From: Eledone cirrhosa
Lineage: Eukaryota
Reading direction: 5' to 3'
NCBI GenBank assembly: GCA_964016885.1
Contig: OZ024753.1
Location: 7,564,001-7,628,000 of the forward strand
DNA length: 64,000 nucleotides
Of this stretch, positions 28,271-41,958 are shown piece by piece. The position numbers were made by a program, and so were the translations under genes. The notes beneath the pieces were generated by a model. It was not told where the DNA came from. It saw nothing but the letters and a program-made list of their open reading frames with translations, and did not search any database. How positions within the stretch are numbered: the first letter of the stretch is position 1; each line of letters opens with the position of its first letter.

Positions 28271-28895
28271 AAACCTGTCGGAGAGCAACCGGTATTTGAG
28301 GAGTTTGGCCCCCTCAGCCCGACGTGCAGCAGAACCTGGGTCAGTCGCAGACTGCACCAGGTTGCGACTGCAGAAAGTGTCGGTGCAAGTGGTATCCCAG
28401 ACGAGGGGTTTGCCACCGTGGAACGGGAAGATTGTCATGCCATCTGGCCTATTGCCGTCCCCTCGATCCAGCCCCGCCGACTCGAGCTGGGAAGGGAAGC
28501 CTGCAGCGTCCAAGCCACGCTTAATGACCCCGTTGAATGCGTGGAATGCGGCCGGCACTGTGGCGACAGGAAAGCGGGTGGAGGCCGCAAGACTCCACGG
28601 TGGAACCGCAGCGACATTGGTGCGGCTGGCAGATCCGGAGGCCGAGCCTCAGGGAAACGCCGATGCGCAGGCTATGGTTGTCTAGCTGCGTGCCAGTGGA
28701 GAAAGGAGGGCAGGGCATGGAGCCAGGCACCACTGTGGGGTTTGGAGGCCGCACGAAAACAAGCAAGGCGGTGCTGGTTGAGCTGGCGCGTGAGCCTGTC
28801 TGCGGCCAGGCTGCACTGGATGGCATCACAAGTGCGTTGGTGGTGGGGGGGACTTGACGTCAACAGAGGGAGTAGGAGGAGGAACGTCTACTGGG
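28271..28895 (-). mobile_element. CRE-clade non-LTR retrotransposon fragment (zinc knuckle plus RLE), frameshifted
   Basis: [86 protein letters not shown] spread across three frames. Confidence 0.75.
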
Positions 28896-29135
28896 CTAAT
28901 GTATGTATCGTCTATGTCCGGCGTATGTCTGTATGAATGTGTGTGTGTACGTATGTCTTTATATATGTGTGCTTGCCAACGTATGTCTCTATGCATGTGT
29001 GTGTGTGCCAATGTATGTGTTACAAGTGAATGCAAATGTACTCAATACTGTTGAATTCAATATTAATGAGGAATCCGTTACTCCTCGGTGGGATACACGT
29101 GGTTCCGTTTTGAATCATCAACTGAACTCTCTTAA

Positions 29136-29211
<76 letters not shown>

Positions 29212-29499
29212 CAAAATGTAAGGAAATAATAGACAAAAATAAACCTATTTTTCCTTCAAAGTCAAGTCTCGACCGCAGTTTCGCCGATCCATGTGCAATT
29301 GTGCATTATATATGAAGATTGAAGTGGAAAAACAACCTTGGTTTTCATCTTGTATTAAGTATATATGTTATGTGGCTTTCACAATCTTGAACTAGAAATT
29401 TCCAAACCCATTGGAGTACACCTTTGGATTGAACTCCGAATCCTGCAAGATGTTGACACTAATAACATATTGAGATTTACGCATCTAACCAAGTATAAA

Positions 29500-29638
29500 T
29501 ATTTTCTACTATTGGCACAAGGCTAGAAATTAGCTCCAGTACATTACTGGTACATTATGTTATCGACCAAAAGGATGAAAGGCAAAGTTAACCTCGACGG
29601 GATTTGAACTCACACCGTAAAGGGACGTAACTATGCTG
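29500..29638 (-). mobile_element. SINE family 1 partial copy
   Basis: GGATGAAAGGCAAAGTTAACCTCGACGGGATTTGAACTC motif. Confidence 0.7.
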
Positions 29639-30175
29639 AATAGTGGATTATTCTACTTTCATATGTATGTGTGAATGTGTGTGTGTGTGTGTGTGTGTGC
29701 ACGTGGGTGTGTGGTCATATGCGAGTGCGTGCGTGTATGTGTGTGCACATGCGTGTCTTAGCGATTATGTTAATGTGTAAGTGTGACAGCGAGACTGCAA
29801 TCGTCTGTGTGTGTATGTGTATGTGTATGTGTGTGTGTGTATGTGTATGTATGTGTGTGCACACGTATGTCTGAGTGAGTGTGTTGATATGTAAGTGTGA
29901 CGTAGAGACTGCAATCGTATATGTGTGTATGTAAGCGTGTGCACATGCGTGTCTGAGTATGTTGATGTGTAAGTGTGCCAGCGAGACTGCAATCGTGTGT
30001 GTGTGTGTGTGTGTGTGTTTGTGTGTGATTGTGTATGTGTGCGTGTGCTTATGTGTGTGTGTACTTATGTGTTTGTGTAGCTAGATTTGTTTCTACGTAA
30101 AAAAATCATGAGATTTCAATACAGGATAATCAGAGTTAGAGACAGAGAAATGTGAATAACTGAAAAGACAGAACA

Positions 30176-30216
<41 letters not shown>

Positions 30217-30221
<5 letters not shown>

Positions 30222-30906
30222 ACACCATATTTACAAGGAGGAGGCTAGCCGACTGTGCAGGATCTGTGGAGAGAGAGAGGAGACTGTGGCTCACATTGGA
30301 TCCGAGTGGAAACACCTAACCCAGACTCACTATAAAGGCTGGAGACATGATGTGATGGGCAGGGTGATCCACTGGCACCTATGCAAAGTAAACAATTTAC
30401 CACATTCTGAGAAGTGGTATGAGTATAAGCCAGAGTCGGTGATAGAAAACGATCAGGTGAAGGTGCTGTGGGATTTTAGGATACAGATGGACAAGAAACT
30501 GGAATACAATAGACCTGACCTGGTGGTTTTGGACAAGGAAAACAGATCGTGCCATATTGTGGATGTGGCTGCCCATTCGACACGAGAGTGCAAGAGAAGG
30601 AGAGGGAGAAAATTAACCGATACCAGGACTTAAAGTGCGAGGTAAAAAGGATTTGGAACTGCCATGAAGTCAAAGTGGTCCCGATTGTCATAGGCACACT
30701 AGGTACTATCTCAAGGAGTTTCCAGGGATGGTTAAAGAAAATTAGCCCCGCCCCGCTTTTTGGAATACTTCAAAAGGAATGCTTGCTGGGAACAGCAAGA
30801 ACCCTCCGATACGTCCTGAATATCTGAGGCTGCAGGTAGCGGCTTGATATTCATTTCAACAAACTTTCCAGTTAAATAACATCAATGACTGAGACTTAAA
30901 GAACAA
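30217..30906 (+). mobile_element. R4/Dong-like non-LTR retrotransposon 3' fragment in (TAA)n
   Basis: LCRICGEREETVAHI..RHDVMGRVIHWHLC..KVLWDFRIQ..NRPDLVVLDK; frameshift near 30570; stop at 30827. (TAA)n on both flanks. Closely similar to 6212-6705. Confidence 0.8.
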
Positions 30907-31265
30907 TAATAATAATGATAATAATAATAATAATAATAATGAGGAGGGGGGGGGAGACGACGACGACGAAGAAGAAAAAGAAAAAAGAAGACGACGAACA
31001 ACAACAACAACAACAACAAGACGATGATGATAAAATTAAGTTACCCGCCTGCGTCTTTCACAGAACACACAATCAAATATGATTACAGTCATATATATAT
31101 ATATATCAAAGGTTAGAAACTCAAAATAGAGATTTTTCAAAAAAGAGATTTTTTCGAGCCGTATAATGTAATTGAATATAAAAGAAAGATAAAAACAGAT
31201 ATATAGATATATATGTTCAAATGGTAAGGGACCAGATTCGCTAAGGTGAAAAAAATACTAACTAT

Positions 31266-31415
31266 GATCTGAGTTCAAATTCCACCGAGGTTAACTTTGC
31301 CTTTCATCCTTACGGGGTCGATAAAATAAAGTACCAGTCACACACTGGGGGTTGATTTAATCGACCTTCCCCTCTCCCAAAATTGCTGGCCTTGTGCCTA
31401 TATAAGAAACCATTA
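31266..31415 (+). mobile_element. SINE family 1 partial copy
   Basis: B box plus central motif. Confidence 0.7.
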
Positions 31416-31819
31416 TTTCTGGTAATATTATTACTACAATATGACACTCCCCAAGTATACCAATATATATATATATATATATATATATGAACACATAAAC
31501 CAGTTAACTGACACACAGAGAGAAAAATATTCTAACGACAAAAACAACTAAAGTGGGAAGATGAGAGAAAAAAATATTCGACGAAATGTGACAAATCTAT
31601 ATTGCAGGAACCTTATGTAATCATGTGATCAGCAGCTTTTAATGTTTTGTCTCCTCTCACCACTACTGCTACCACGGAAGTATAAGTACTAACTACCGTA
31701 TGTAACAGGAAGTCTTAAAAACTAATGTCTTCTGTGTGGCGTTCTAAGATGGCTTCCCGTGGAAATAAGAAAATTTTTCAACATAAAATTTATGTGAGTA
31801 TCTGTGACTGCGGATATGT

Positions 31820-31870
31820 ATAGCAATATACATATATATATATACATACATACATACATACATACATACA

Positions 31871-31940
<70 letters not shown>

Positions 31941-32335
31941 CATACATGTATACATACATATATACATACATACAGACATACATATATACGTATATACGTA
32001 CATACATACATACATATATATATACATACATACATATATACATATATACATATATACATATATACATATATACATACATACATACATATATACATACATA
32101 CATACATATATATACATACATACATATAAATACATATATACATACAAATACTTGCATACATTCATACATACGTACGTACATATTACATACATACATACAT
32201 ATATATACATACATACATACATATATATACATACATACATATACATACATACATACATACATACACAAATACTTGCATACATTCATACATACGTACGTAC
32301 ATACATACATACATACATACAGACAGACATACAGA
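31820..32335. repeat. (TACA)n/(TA)n compound microsatellite
   Basis: Direct reading. Confidence 0.9.
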
Positions 32336-32464
32336 GAGAGGGAGAGAGAGAGAAAGACAAAGGGAGAGAGAGAGAAGTAGAGAATTACTGTTAAAAAGAG
32401 GAAGACATTTTACAAATATTTAGAACTGAATAGCCAAATCAGTAGAAAAATGCTTACATATGTA

Positions 32465-33171
32465 TATATATAATGTTCTTATGTATACGTGTGTATATAT
32501 ATAATGGGTATACATTGTTCTTATGTATACATATGTATATATATAATGGGTATACATTGTTCTTATGTATACGTGTGTATATATATAATGGGTATACATT
32601 GTCCTTATGTATACATATGTATATATATAATGGGTATACATTGTTCTTATGTATACATATGTAAATATATATATAATGGGTATACATTGTCCTTATGTAT
32701 ACATATGTATATATATAATGGGTATACATTGTTTTTGTGTATACATATGTATATATATAATTGGTATACATTGTTCTTGTGTATACATATATATATATAT
32801 AATGGGTATACATTGTTCTAATGTATACATATGTATATATATAATGGGTATACATTGTTCTTGTGTATACATATATATATATATAATGGGTATACATTGT
32901 TCTTATGTATACATATGTATGTATATATATAATGGGTATACATTGTTCTAATGTATACATATGTATATATATATAATGGGTATACATTGTCCTTATGTAT
33001 ACATATGTATATATATAATGGGTATACATTGTCCTTATGTATACATATCTATATATATATAATGGGTATACATTGTTCTTATGTATACGTGTGTATATAT
33101 ATAATGACTATACATTGTTCTTATATATACGTGTGTATATATATAATGACTATACATTGTTCTTATATATA

Positions 33172-33215
<44 letters not shown>

Positions 33216-33560
33216 TATAGATATATATATATACCGGGTATACACTGTTTTATGTATACGTGTGTATATGTATATATATATACATATATATATACAACGG
33301 GTATACATTGTTCCTATGTATACATGTGTATATATATAACGGGTATACACTATTTTATGTATACATGTGTATATATATATAACCGGTATACACTATTTTA
33401 TGTATACGTGTGTATATATATATATAACCGGTATACATTGTTTTTATGTATGCGTGTGTATATATATAACGGGTATACATTGTTCTTATGTATACGTGTG
33501 TATATATATATCACGGGAATATATTGTTCTTATATATACGTGTGTATATATATATAACGA
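32465..33560. repeat. ~40-bp minisatellite (AATGGGTATACATTGTTCTTATG core)
   Basis: More than 20 units, drifting to AACGGGTATACAC variants on the right. Confidence 0.9.
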
Positions 33561-33745
33561 GGATATATAGTGTTATGTATGGGGAAGGTCATGTTATAAT
33601 ATAGCCAGAAATATATAGTAAAACAAACACGATACATATTTCCTATGTATACATGTGTATATTATCGTTATGTGCACACATAAAACATGAAAGCGATTAT
33701 ATTTATGCATTGGCGTAACCACCATGTTCAATAATTAAGTAAACT

Positions 33746-33935
33746 ACAGTGAAATTCCGTTATAACGAAATTCACGAGGTATTTAAAAAATTCGTTATAA
33801 CTAAAAATTCTTTATTCTTTATAACGAGATCGACCTAACACATCAAGCGTGTTGCCGGGGATTGAAAAAAAAATAAATTCGTTATAGTGAAAATTTCGTT
33901 ATAATGGTATTCTTTATAATGGAATTTTACATGCA
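33746..33935. mobile_element. Tc1/mariner-pogo (Tigger-like) MITE
   Basis: TA-CAGTGAAATTCCGTTATAA left end, imperfect inverted TTATAATGGAATTTTAC right end, internal TTCGTTATA motifs. Related copy at 58008-58315. Confidence 0.55.
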
Positions 33936-33955
33936 TATAAATACATGCGCGCGCG

Positions 33956-34022
<67 letters not shown>

Positions 34023-34087
34023 CCTTGTCATTTGGTCAGTTGTCGATTTGAATTCTGCGAGAAAGAAATTATATTGTTATGCTGTTG

Positions 34088-35198
34088 CTACAAAGCTTGG
34101 CATATCAGGAGGTGCTGCGTAGTCTGCGGTTCGATACGGTAGCCACATAATACGTCCCCATCCTTTAAATATCCCCATTTCGCAAGAGTGACTATTACAG
34201 AAGAGTATTGTACTTAGTGTTAGTAGCTATCAGACAGAGTGTATCTAGGAGTACATTATCTAATGTACAGTACAGTAGTTAGTATTAGTGGCTATCAGAC
34301 ATAGTCTATCTAGGACTACATTATCTAATGTACAGTACAGTACAGTAGTTAGTATTAGTAGCTATCAGACATAGTATATCTTGGACTACATGATCTAATG
34401 TACAGTACAGTAGTTAGTATTAGTAGCTATCAGACATAGTATATCTAGGACTACATTATCTAATGTATAGTACAGTAGTTAGTATTAGTAGCTATCAGAC
34501 ATAGTGTATCTAGGACTACATTATCTAATGTACAGTACAGTAGTTAGTATTAGTAGCTATCAGACACAGTGTATCTAGGACTACATTATCTAATATACAA
34601 TAGAGTAGTTAATATCAGTAGCTATCAGACATAGTGTATCTAGGACTACATTATCTAATGTACAGTACAGTAGTTAGTATTAGTAGCTATCAGACATAGT
34701 GTATCTAGGACTACATTATCTAATGTACCGTACAGTAGTAAGTATTAGTAGCTATCAGACATAGTGTATCTAGGACTACATTATCTAATGTACCGTACAG
34801 TAGTAAGTATCAGTAGCTATCAGACATAGTGTATCTAGGACTACATTATCTAATGTACAGTACAGTAGTTAGTATTAGTAGCTATCAGACATAGTGTATC
34901 TAGGACTACATTATCTAATGTACCGTACAGTAGTAAGTATCAGTAGCTATCAGACATAGTGTATCTAGGACTACATTATCTAATGTACCGTACAGTAGTA
35001 AGTATTAGTAGCTATCCACAAGAGTGTCAGTTACAAAGCTTGGCTAGATGTGGTTTCACCACAGCTAAACACATCGCTATCCTTTCTCATTAAACTCTGG
35101 CAAGTCCAATGCTCTACAGGGGTGTTCCAGCAGGGGACATATTAGGAGGTGCTGCGTAGCGGTGGTTTGATGCCCCAGTCACACACAACTCCCCATCC
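34088..35198 (-). mobile_element. Direct-repeat-flanked element carrying a 65-bp satellite (~12 units)
   Basis: Array about 34205-35015. Flanks match the reverse complement of the terminal repeats of 54535-56178. Confidence 0.7.
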
Positions 35199-35398
35199 AG
35201 TTGAGTAATACAGCGTGGCCTTATCAGGTTAATAATTAAAACAGAGCCAACAAAAAAACGAAAACGAAAACAAAGCAAAGCTAAAGGAACAAAAATGGTC
35301 GAAAGGATCAAAAGATGTTTAATAGTTCAGACGAATAAATGTTGTTTGTCTGTGTGTATATATATACATGTATGTATAAGTATGTATATAGATAGATA

Positions 35399-35439
<41 letters not shown>

Positions 35440-35518
35440 ATGTGTGTACATATATACATATATAAATATGTATATATGGATATACAGGCGCACACACACA
35501 CACACACACATATACACG

Positions 35519-35611
<93 letters not shown>

Positions 35612-35697
35612 ATGTGTGTACATATATACATATATAAATATGTATATATGGATATACAGGCGCACACACACACACACATATATACACGCACACACAC

Positions 35698-35784
<87 letters not shown>

Positions 35785-35985
35785 CATTATGTATATATTT
35801 ATTGATGTATATATTTATTGATGTATATATACTTATAGATATATGTATGTGTATGTGTGTGTTCAATAGGAAGGTTCTTGAACTGCCGCTACTTCAAACA
35901 AAAAAACGCCGGCAATATTGTCTATAGTTTTTGCCAAATAATCCCACATACACCCACTCCAACACAACACACATAGGGTCTATTA

Positions 35986-36027
<42 letters not shown>

Positions 36028-36120
36028 TAAGTGGTGAGTTTTATTGTAGCACAATGAAACAATGCAAATATCGGATAAGTAGCACTCTACAGTTTGTAGG
36101 ACTGGAGTATAAATAATATG

Positions 36121-36330
36121 AGATCAAAGGGTGGTTAAAAGAGTTCCAAGTATTTTATTATGCGCATATGTTGATTTAAAACTTCACTATTCACAAGTGT
36201 TTTTTAAGCTTCATATCATGTATCCCTATTTTATCTGATGAAAACGCAGATATCATCCCATGATGATATTTGTTTTTGAGATGCCCATAATAAAATACTT
36301 GGAACTCTTTTAACCATCTTTTGATCTTAT
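36121..36330. mobile_element. Family A copy with decayed HHR (GAAA changed to GAGA) and short inversion
   Basis: 36121-36162 is inverted relative to 36286-36328. CTGATGA at 36235. Confidence 0.65.
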
Positions 36331-36332
36331 AT

Positions 36333-36364
<32 letters not shown>

Positions 36365-36369
36365 GAGAG

Positions 36370-36409
<40 letters not shown>

Positions 36410-36473
36410 GTATATATATATATATTTAGAGAGAGAGAGAGGTATATATATATACATATATATATATAGAGAG

Positions 36474-36534
<61 letters not shown>

Positions 36535-36614
36535 GTTATACACATATATACATATATATGTATATATCTATATATATATATGTATACATATATGCGTATA
36601 TATGTATGTGTATG

Positions 36615-36745
<131 letters not shown>

Positions 36746-36826
36746 ATATATATATGTATCTATGTATATATGTATATATATATATGTATCTATGTATATA
36801 TGTATATATATATATGTATATATGTA

Positions 36827-36986
<160 letters not shown>

Positions 36987-37015
36987 AAAGAATAGAGGTG
37001 TAACACACAAGTTAT

Positions 37016-37672
37016 TATATATTGGTAAACGGAATAGAAAATGCTGACAAATTGTTCACAGTTGAAAAATGGTTTAATTAGGAATAAAAGAGTATTAGTG
37101 ATTGTATGGGTTAGTATTCAGTTGTGGTTTTAAGTTTTTAAGTTTTTACCGGTTGCGCATTTCTAAATGCTTTTCAAAAATAATTTTGAGATTGGTTTTA
37201 AGTTTTTAAGTTTTTACCGGTTGCGCATTTCTAAATGCTTTTCAAAAATAATTTTGAGATGGTTTTAAGTTTTTAAGTTTTTACCGGTTGCGCATTTCTA
37301 AATGCTTTTCAAAAATAATTGAAAAGCATTTAGAAATGCGCAACCGGTAAAAACTTAAAAACTTAAAACCATCTCAAAATTATTTTTGAAAAGCATTTAG
37401 AAATGCGCAGCCGGTAAAAACTTAAAAACTTAAAACCAATCTCAAAATTATTTTTGAAAAGCATTTAGAAATGCGCAACCGGTAAAAACTTAAAAACTTA
37501 AAACCATCTCAAAATTATTTTTGAAAAGCATTTAGAAATGCGCAACCGGTAAAAACTTAAAAACTTAAAACCACAACTGAATACTAACCCATACAATCAC
37601 TAATACTCTTTTATTCCTAATTAAACCATTTTTCAACTGTGAACAATTTGTCAGCATTTTCTATTCCGTTTA

Positions 37673-37683
<11 letters not shown>
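37016..37683. repeat. ~670-bp palindrome with internal 67-68-bp tandem repeats (3 left, 4 right)
   Basis: Outer ~110-bp arms are inverted. Units GGTTTTAAG...TTGAGAT start at 37126, 37194 and 37261, then are inverted from 37321. Confidence 0.85.
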
Positions 37684-37734
<51 letters not shown>

Positions 37735-37749
37735 CATATATATACATAT

Positions 37750-37794
<45 letters not shown>

Positions 37795-37842
37795 TACACA
37801 AACACACACACACACATATACACAAATACACACGTATTTATA

Positions 37843-37892
<50 letters not shown>

Positions 37893-38246
37893 TACACATA
37901 CATATATGTACGTATGTGTATGCGTGTGTCTGAAGCGTATTCCTTGGCAAGAACGTAGACAACAAGGCTCGCCTTATTTATCTACATATTTTAAGTGGTT
38001 GCATTTCAAGAACATTTCAACTGAATACCTTATTTAGGATTTCTAGTCAGTTTTCTTATGTGCTTTTAGGCTCTGATCAAGGCAACGAAATGTATTAATA
38101 TATTTGCAATAGTTTAGTTGTGTCTCGATTAGAAATCAATAAATACATCAGTGGTATATAAGTTAAGTCTTTTCTGTCCTCCCAAGTACATATCGGCTTT
38201 TATATATATCGGGTTTTATATATATATATTGGAAAAGTAAATAACT

Positions 38247-38309
<63 letters not shown>

Positions 38310-38392
38310 GTTATTCCGGGTTGAATCGGAGGTAACCACAGTAAGTAAGGTACTCAATACATTGCAGAGTATAACAGTTTTAATATAGATGA

Positions 38393-38441
38393 GATTCTAC
38401 AGGACTAGAACTGTTTCATTCTTTAGAAATCATCAGGAATC
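38393..38441 (-). ncRNA. Type I hammerhead ribozyme, family B
   Basis: Minus strand: GATTC CTGATGA t TTC taaa GAA t GAAACAG ttctagtc CTGTA GAATC. Stems I, II and III all pair; GUA site. Confidence 0.75.
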
Positions 38442-38638
38442 TGGGTATCAAAAAATAAACTATAGCTTTGTAGAATTAGCTTTTAATGAATTCCCTTTTC
38501 TTTCAACCAATGACCTACACCCATCCCACTCCCCACCCTCTCCTACCACTTGTATAAATACCATACTTATTTTTTGATACCCAGATTCCTGATAAAGAAT
38601 GAAACAGTTCTAGTCCTGTAGAATCTCATCTATATTAA

Positions 38639-38689
<51 letters not shown>

Positions 38690-38857
38690 TATTTATTTAT
38701 TAAAGCACCGATTATTTGCTAAAACTTTAATCTGTTATTTTAATAAATATTTGCTCTACGGTTCTTATATATTTGATATATATTTATCGAGCCCTCTTTG
38801 GACTTTAGTCTTCACATTTATTATTATTACTATATATATATATATATTTTTTTTTTT

Positions 38858-39074
38858 AGTCGATCGACTTTCGTCAAATCGGACCGAGGAAACAATGATT
38901 CCATTGGTCTTTCGTATTGCTAATACTATCTATCGGTCGCAACTCCAGGTAGAAGGAGCAACGTGAAATAAAGTGTCTTGCTCGAGGACATAACGCATCG
39001 CCCGGTCCAGGAATCGAACTCACAACCTCACGATTGCGAATCCAGTTCTCTAACCACTCAGCCACACGCCTTCA
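38858..39074 (-). mobile_element. SINE family 2, full-length
   Basis: Minus strand GGCGTGTGGCTGAGTGGTTAGAG...GTTCGATTCC plus CORE-like region. Confidence 0.75.
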
Positions 39075-39162
39075 TATATATATATAAGTATTGAAGTATC
39101 CATTGAAAATTGAAAAAGTCATAGGAGTGAAGAGTGCTCTATGTAAGTTACAGAGCTAAATT

Positions 39163-39251
39163 TAATGTATAATAAACAATACAATATAATTACCTCATTA
39201 CCAGATGGTATGTTAATGAGGTAATTATATTGTATTGTTTATTATACATTA
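39163..39251. repeat. Hairpin with 38-bp perfect arms
   Basis: Arms 39163-39200 and 39214-39251. Confidence 0.85.
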
Positions 39252-39459
39252 TATATATATATATGTATGACCCCGATGGCAGAGCTCAAGCCGTTTCGAC
39301 GGCTATTTCTGGACTGTTACTCACTCTACTACCTAAGTATTGAGTACTCTGGGGCGTTATGGTCTATCTGGTTCCTTACCACAACTCCTTTGTTATATGA
39401 GATTTATATATATGTATATATATATATATATATTTATTTATTTATTTATATACGTAGTA

Positions 39460-39665
39460 ATAATTGTTTATACTTTTGGCACAAGGCCAGCAATTATCCC
39501 TGTATATTACTGGTACTTTATTTTATCGACCCTGTAAGGAAAAAAGGCAAAGTTAACCTCGACGGGATTAACTTTGCCTTTCATCCTTACGGGGTCGATA
39601 AAATAAAGTACCAGTAATGTACTGGGGTAATTGCTGGCCTTGTGCCTAAAGTAGAAACAATTATT
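39460..39665. mobile_element. Two SINE family 1 3' halves joined head-to-head
   Basis: Minus copy 39460-39569 abuts plus copy 39569-39665. Confidence 0.7.
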
Positions 39666-39871
39666 ATATAACTCTCGCCAAATATAACAATATTTGTTTC
39701 AACACACGATTTCATATAAAAAAAACTTGCAAAACAAATATATATATATCTTTTTATTAATCTCTCTCTATGTATATATAGGGAGAAATAGATAGATACA
39801 CACACACACATATACACACACATACACCTATATATTACACACACATACACCTTTATATTACACACACACAC

Positions 39872-39940
<69 letters not shown>

Positions 39941-39984
39941 TTTTATTAATCTCTCTCTATGTATATATAGAGAGAAATAGATAG

Positions 39985-40029
<45 letters not shown>

Positions 40030-40080
40030 TACACCTATATATTACACACACAAACACATATATATATATATATATATATA

Positions 40081-40278
40081 TTTAATATAGATGAGATTCC
40101 ACAGGACCAGAACTGTTTCATTCTTCAGAAATCATCAGGAATCCCGATTCCTGATGATTTCTGAAGAATGAAACACTTCTTGTCCTGTGGAATCTCATCT
40201 ATATTAAAACCTTTATACTCTGCTATGTATTGAGTACTATACTTACTGTGGTTACCTCCGATTCAACCCGGAATAACG

Positions 40279-40280
<2 letters not shown>
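40081..40280. mobile_element. Family B fold-back with HHR on both arms (cleavage triplet GUG, probably inactive)
   Basis: Arms 40081-40143 and 40146-40208. Plus arm reads GATTC CTGATGA...GAAAC...CTGTG GAATC. Confidence 0.7.
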
Positions 40281-40356
<76 letters not shown>

Positions 40357-40690
40357 TATGTACATATAATATATATACATGCACATATATACATATTAAC
40401 GAGTGTTTAGTTTTGTATTTAGTATTTAGCGGGTATTTAACGATTTGTTTTTGTCCTTTTTAGTTAGTTTTTGTATTTACTATACAATTCCTGTATTTGA
40501 TGCTTTGCCTTAAAATTGTGTTGTTGTAGTTGTAGTTGTAGTGGTAATGCATATTTATCAATCTTATTGGCGTTCTCGCTTCTTATTGGAATTGGAATCC
40601 ATTCTCGTTTCCACGCCAACACTTTTAAAAAACATTACATTAAAACAATCCTTGCAAATGAAATTTAATAACTAACTAAATAGCTCGCTG

Positions 40691-40764
<74 letters not shown>

Positions 40765-40953
40765 TATATTTATATAAATATATATTTATATATATAAATA
40801 TATATGTATATATATAAATATATATATATATAAGTGTATATGTTTACATGCGTACGTACATGCATGCATACGTATTTACATAGATAGCTAAATATATATA
40901 TATATATTATGGAATACTGTTGGCTTTTCGCTACAATGTTTTCTATACCTTTC

Positions 40954-40998
<45 letters not shown>

Positions 40999-41125
40999 TG
41001 CAATGCATATATCTAAGAAAAGCGAATATCAAATTCATTTTTTATAGGAATTTTTCATTTATATGAGTGACATTGTATATATACTCCACTTCAATTCTAA
41101 TGCAACTATACACACACACACACAC

Positions 41126-41206
<81 letters not shown>

Positions 41207-41507
41207 GATATCGACTGTAATTAAAATAGAGTGACGGAGCATCTTACGAACACCGGACTAATGAAACAGGTGTTAATACTTTGAATAAACTCTAATGTAC
41301 AGCCGATTACCTTATTATTCACTCATTTACTATATATATATATATTGTTATACTTAGGGAGAGTCATATTGTTATAATGTTGCCAGAAACACACCCACTG
41401 TTTGGTTCGTATTGGTTTTCGCTTCAGTATCTCTTGTATATCTATAGTTAATTTATCTCGCAATCAACGTTTATCATTGATTGACCAACGATTAAAAATA
41501 CTGATAT

Positions 41508-41548
<41 letters not shown>

Positions 41549-41549
<1 letters not shown>

Positions 41550-41592
41550 ATCAAAGTTCTTTCGTCACACATCTGTGATATCATCAATGATA
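41549..41592 (-). ncRNA. Degenerate hammerhead motif (C3 changed to U)
   Basis: Minus strand: TATCA tTGATGA taTCACA gatg TGTGAc GAAAG aa CTT TGATA. Confidence 0.5.
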
Positions 41593-41924
41593 CCATTATG
41601 TTTCCGCCCGTTGTATTTTTATGCCTACGCCATTTTTATTTTATTTATTTAATTGTTTATTATATATATATATAACATACATGGATACATGGATACATGG
41701 ATACATGGTGGCTGCCAACTCGTTTTCGAGTACGGTCATTACTTTATATCCATGCAGGAGAACCCCTACCGATGCGCTGAACGAGTGTGACTTTTTAGTC
41801 CAGCCAGCTACTTGAAAACTCTGGTACAAACCCTACACTTGTGACAATTATTGACACATAGTGCTGGGCCCATGGTACCATGTGACGACAAGTGCAGAGA
41901 GATCTCCAGATATAAAGCAATGGA

Positions 41925-41958
<34 letters not shown>

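Noticed and set aside
28157-28936. 259-aa plus-strand ORF
   Set aside because: Antisense shadow of the GC-rich CRE-like fragment. The conserved motifs are on the minus strand.
39163-39251. Short hairpins as miRNA precursors (also 2469-2557 and 9385-9495)
   Set aside because: Perfect arms derived from repeats or adjacent to (TA)n fit fold-back insertion products. No known mature miRNA was recognised.
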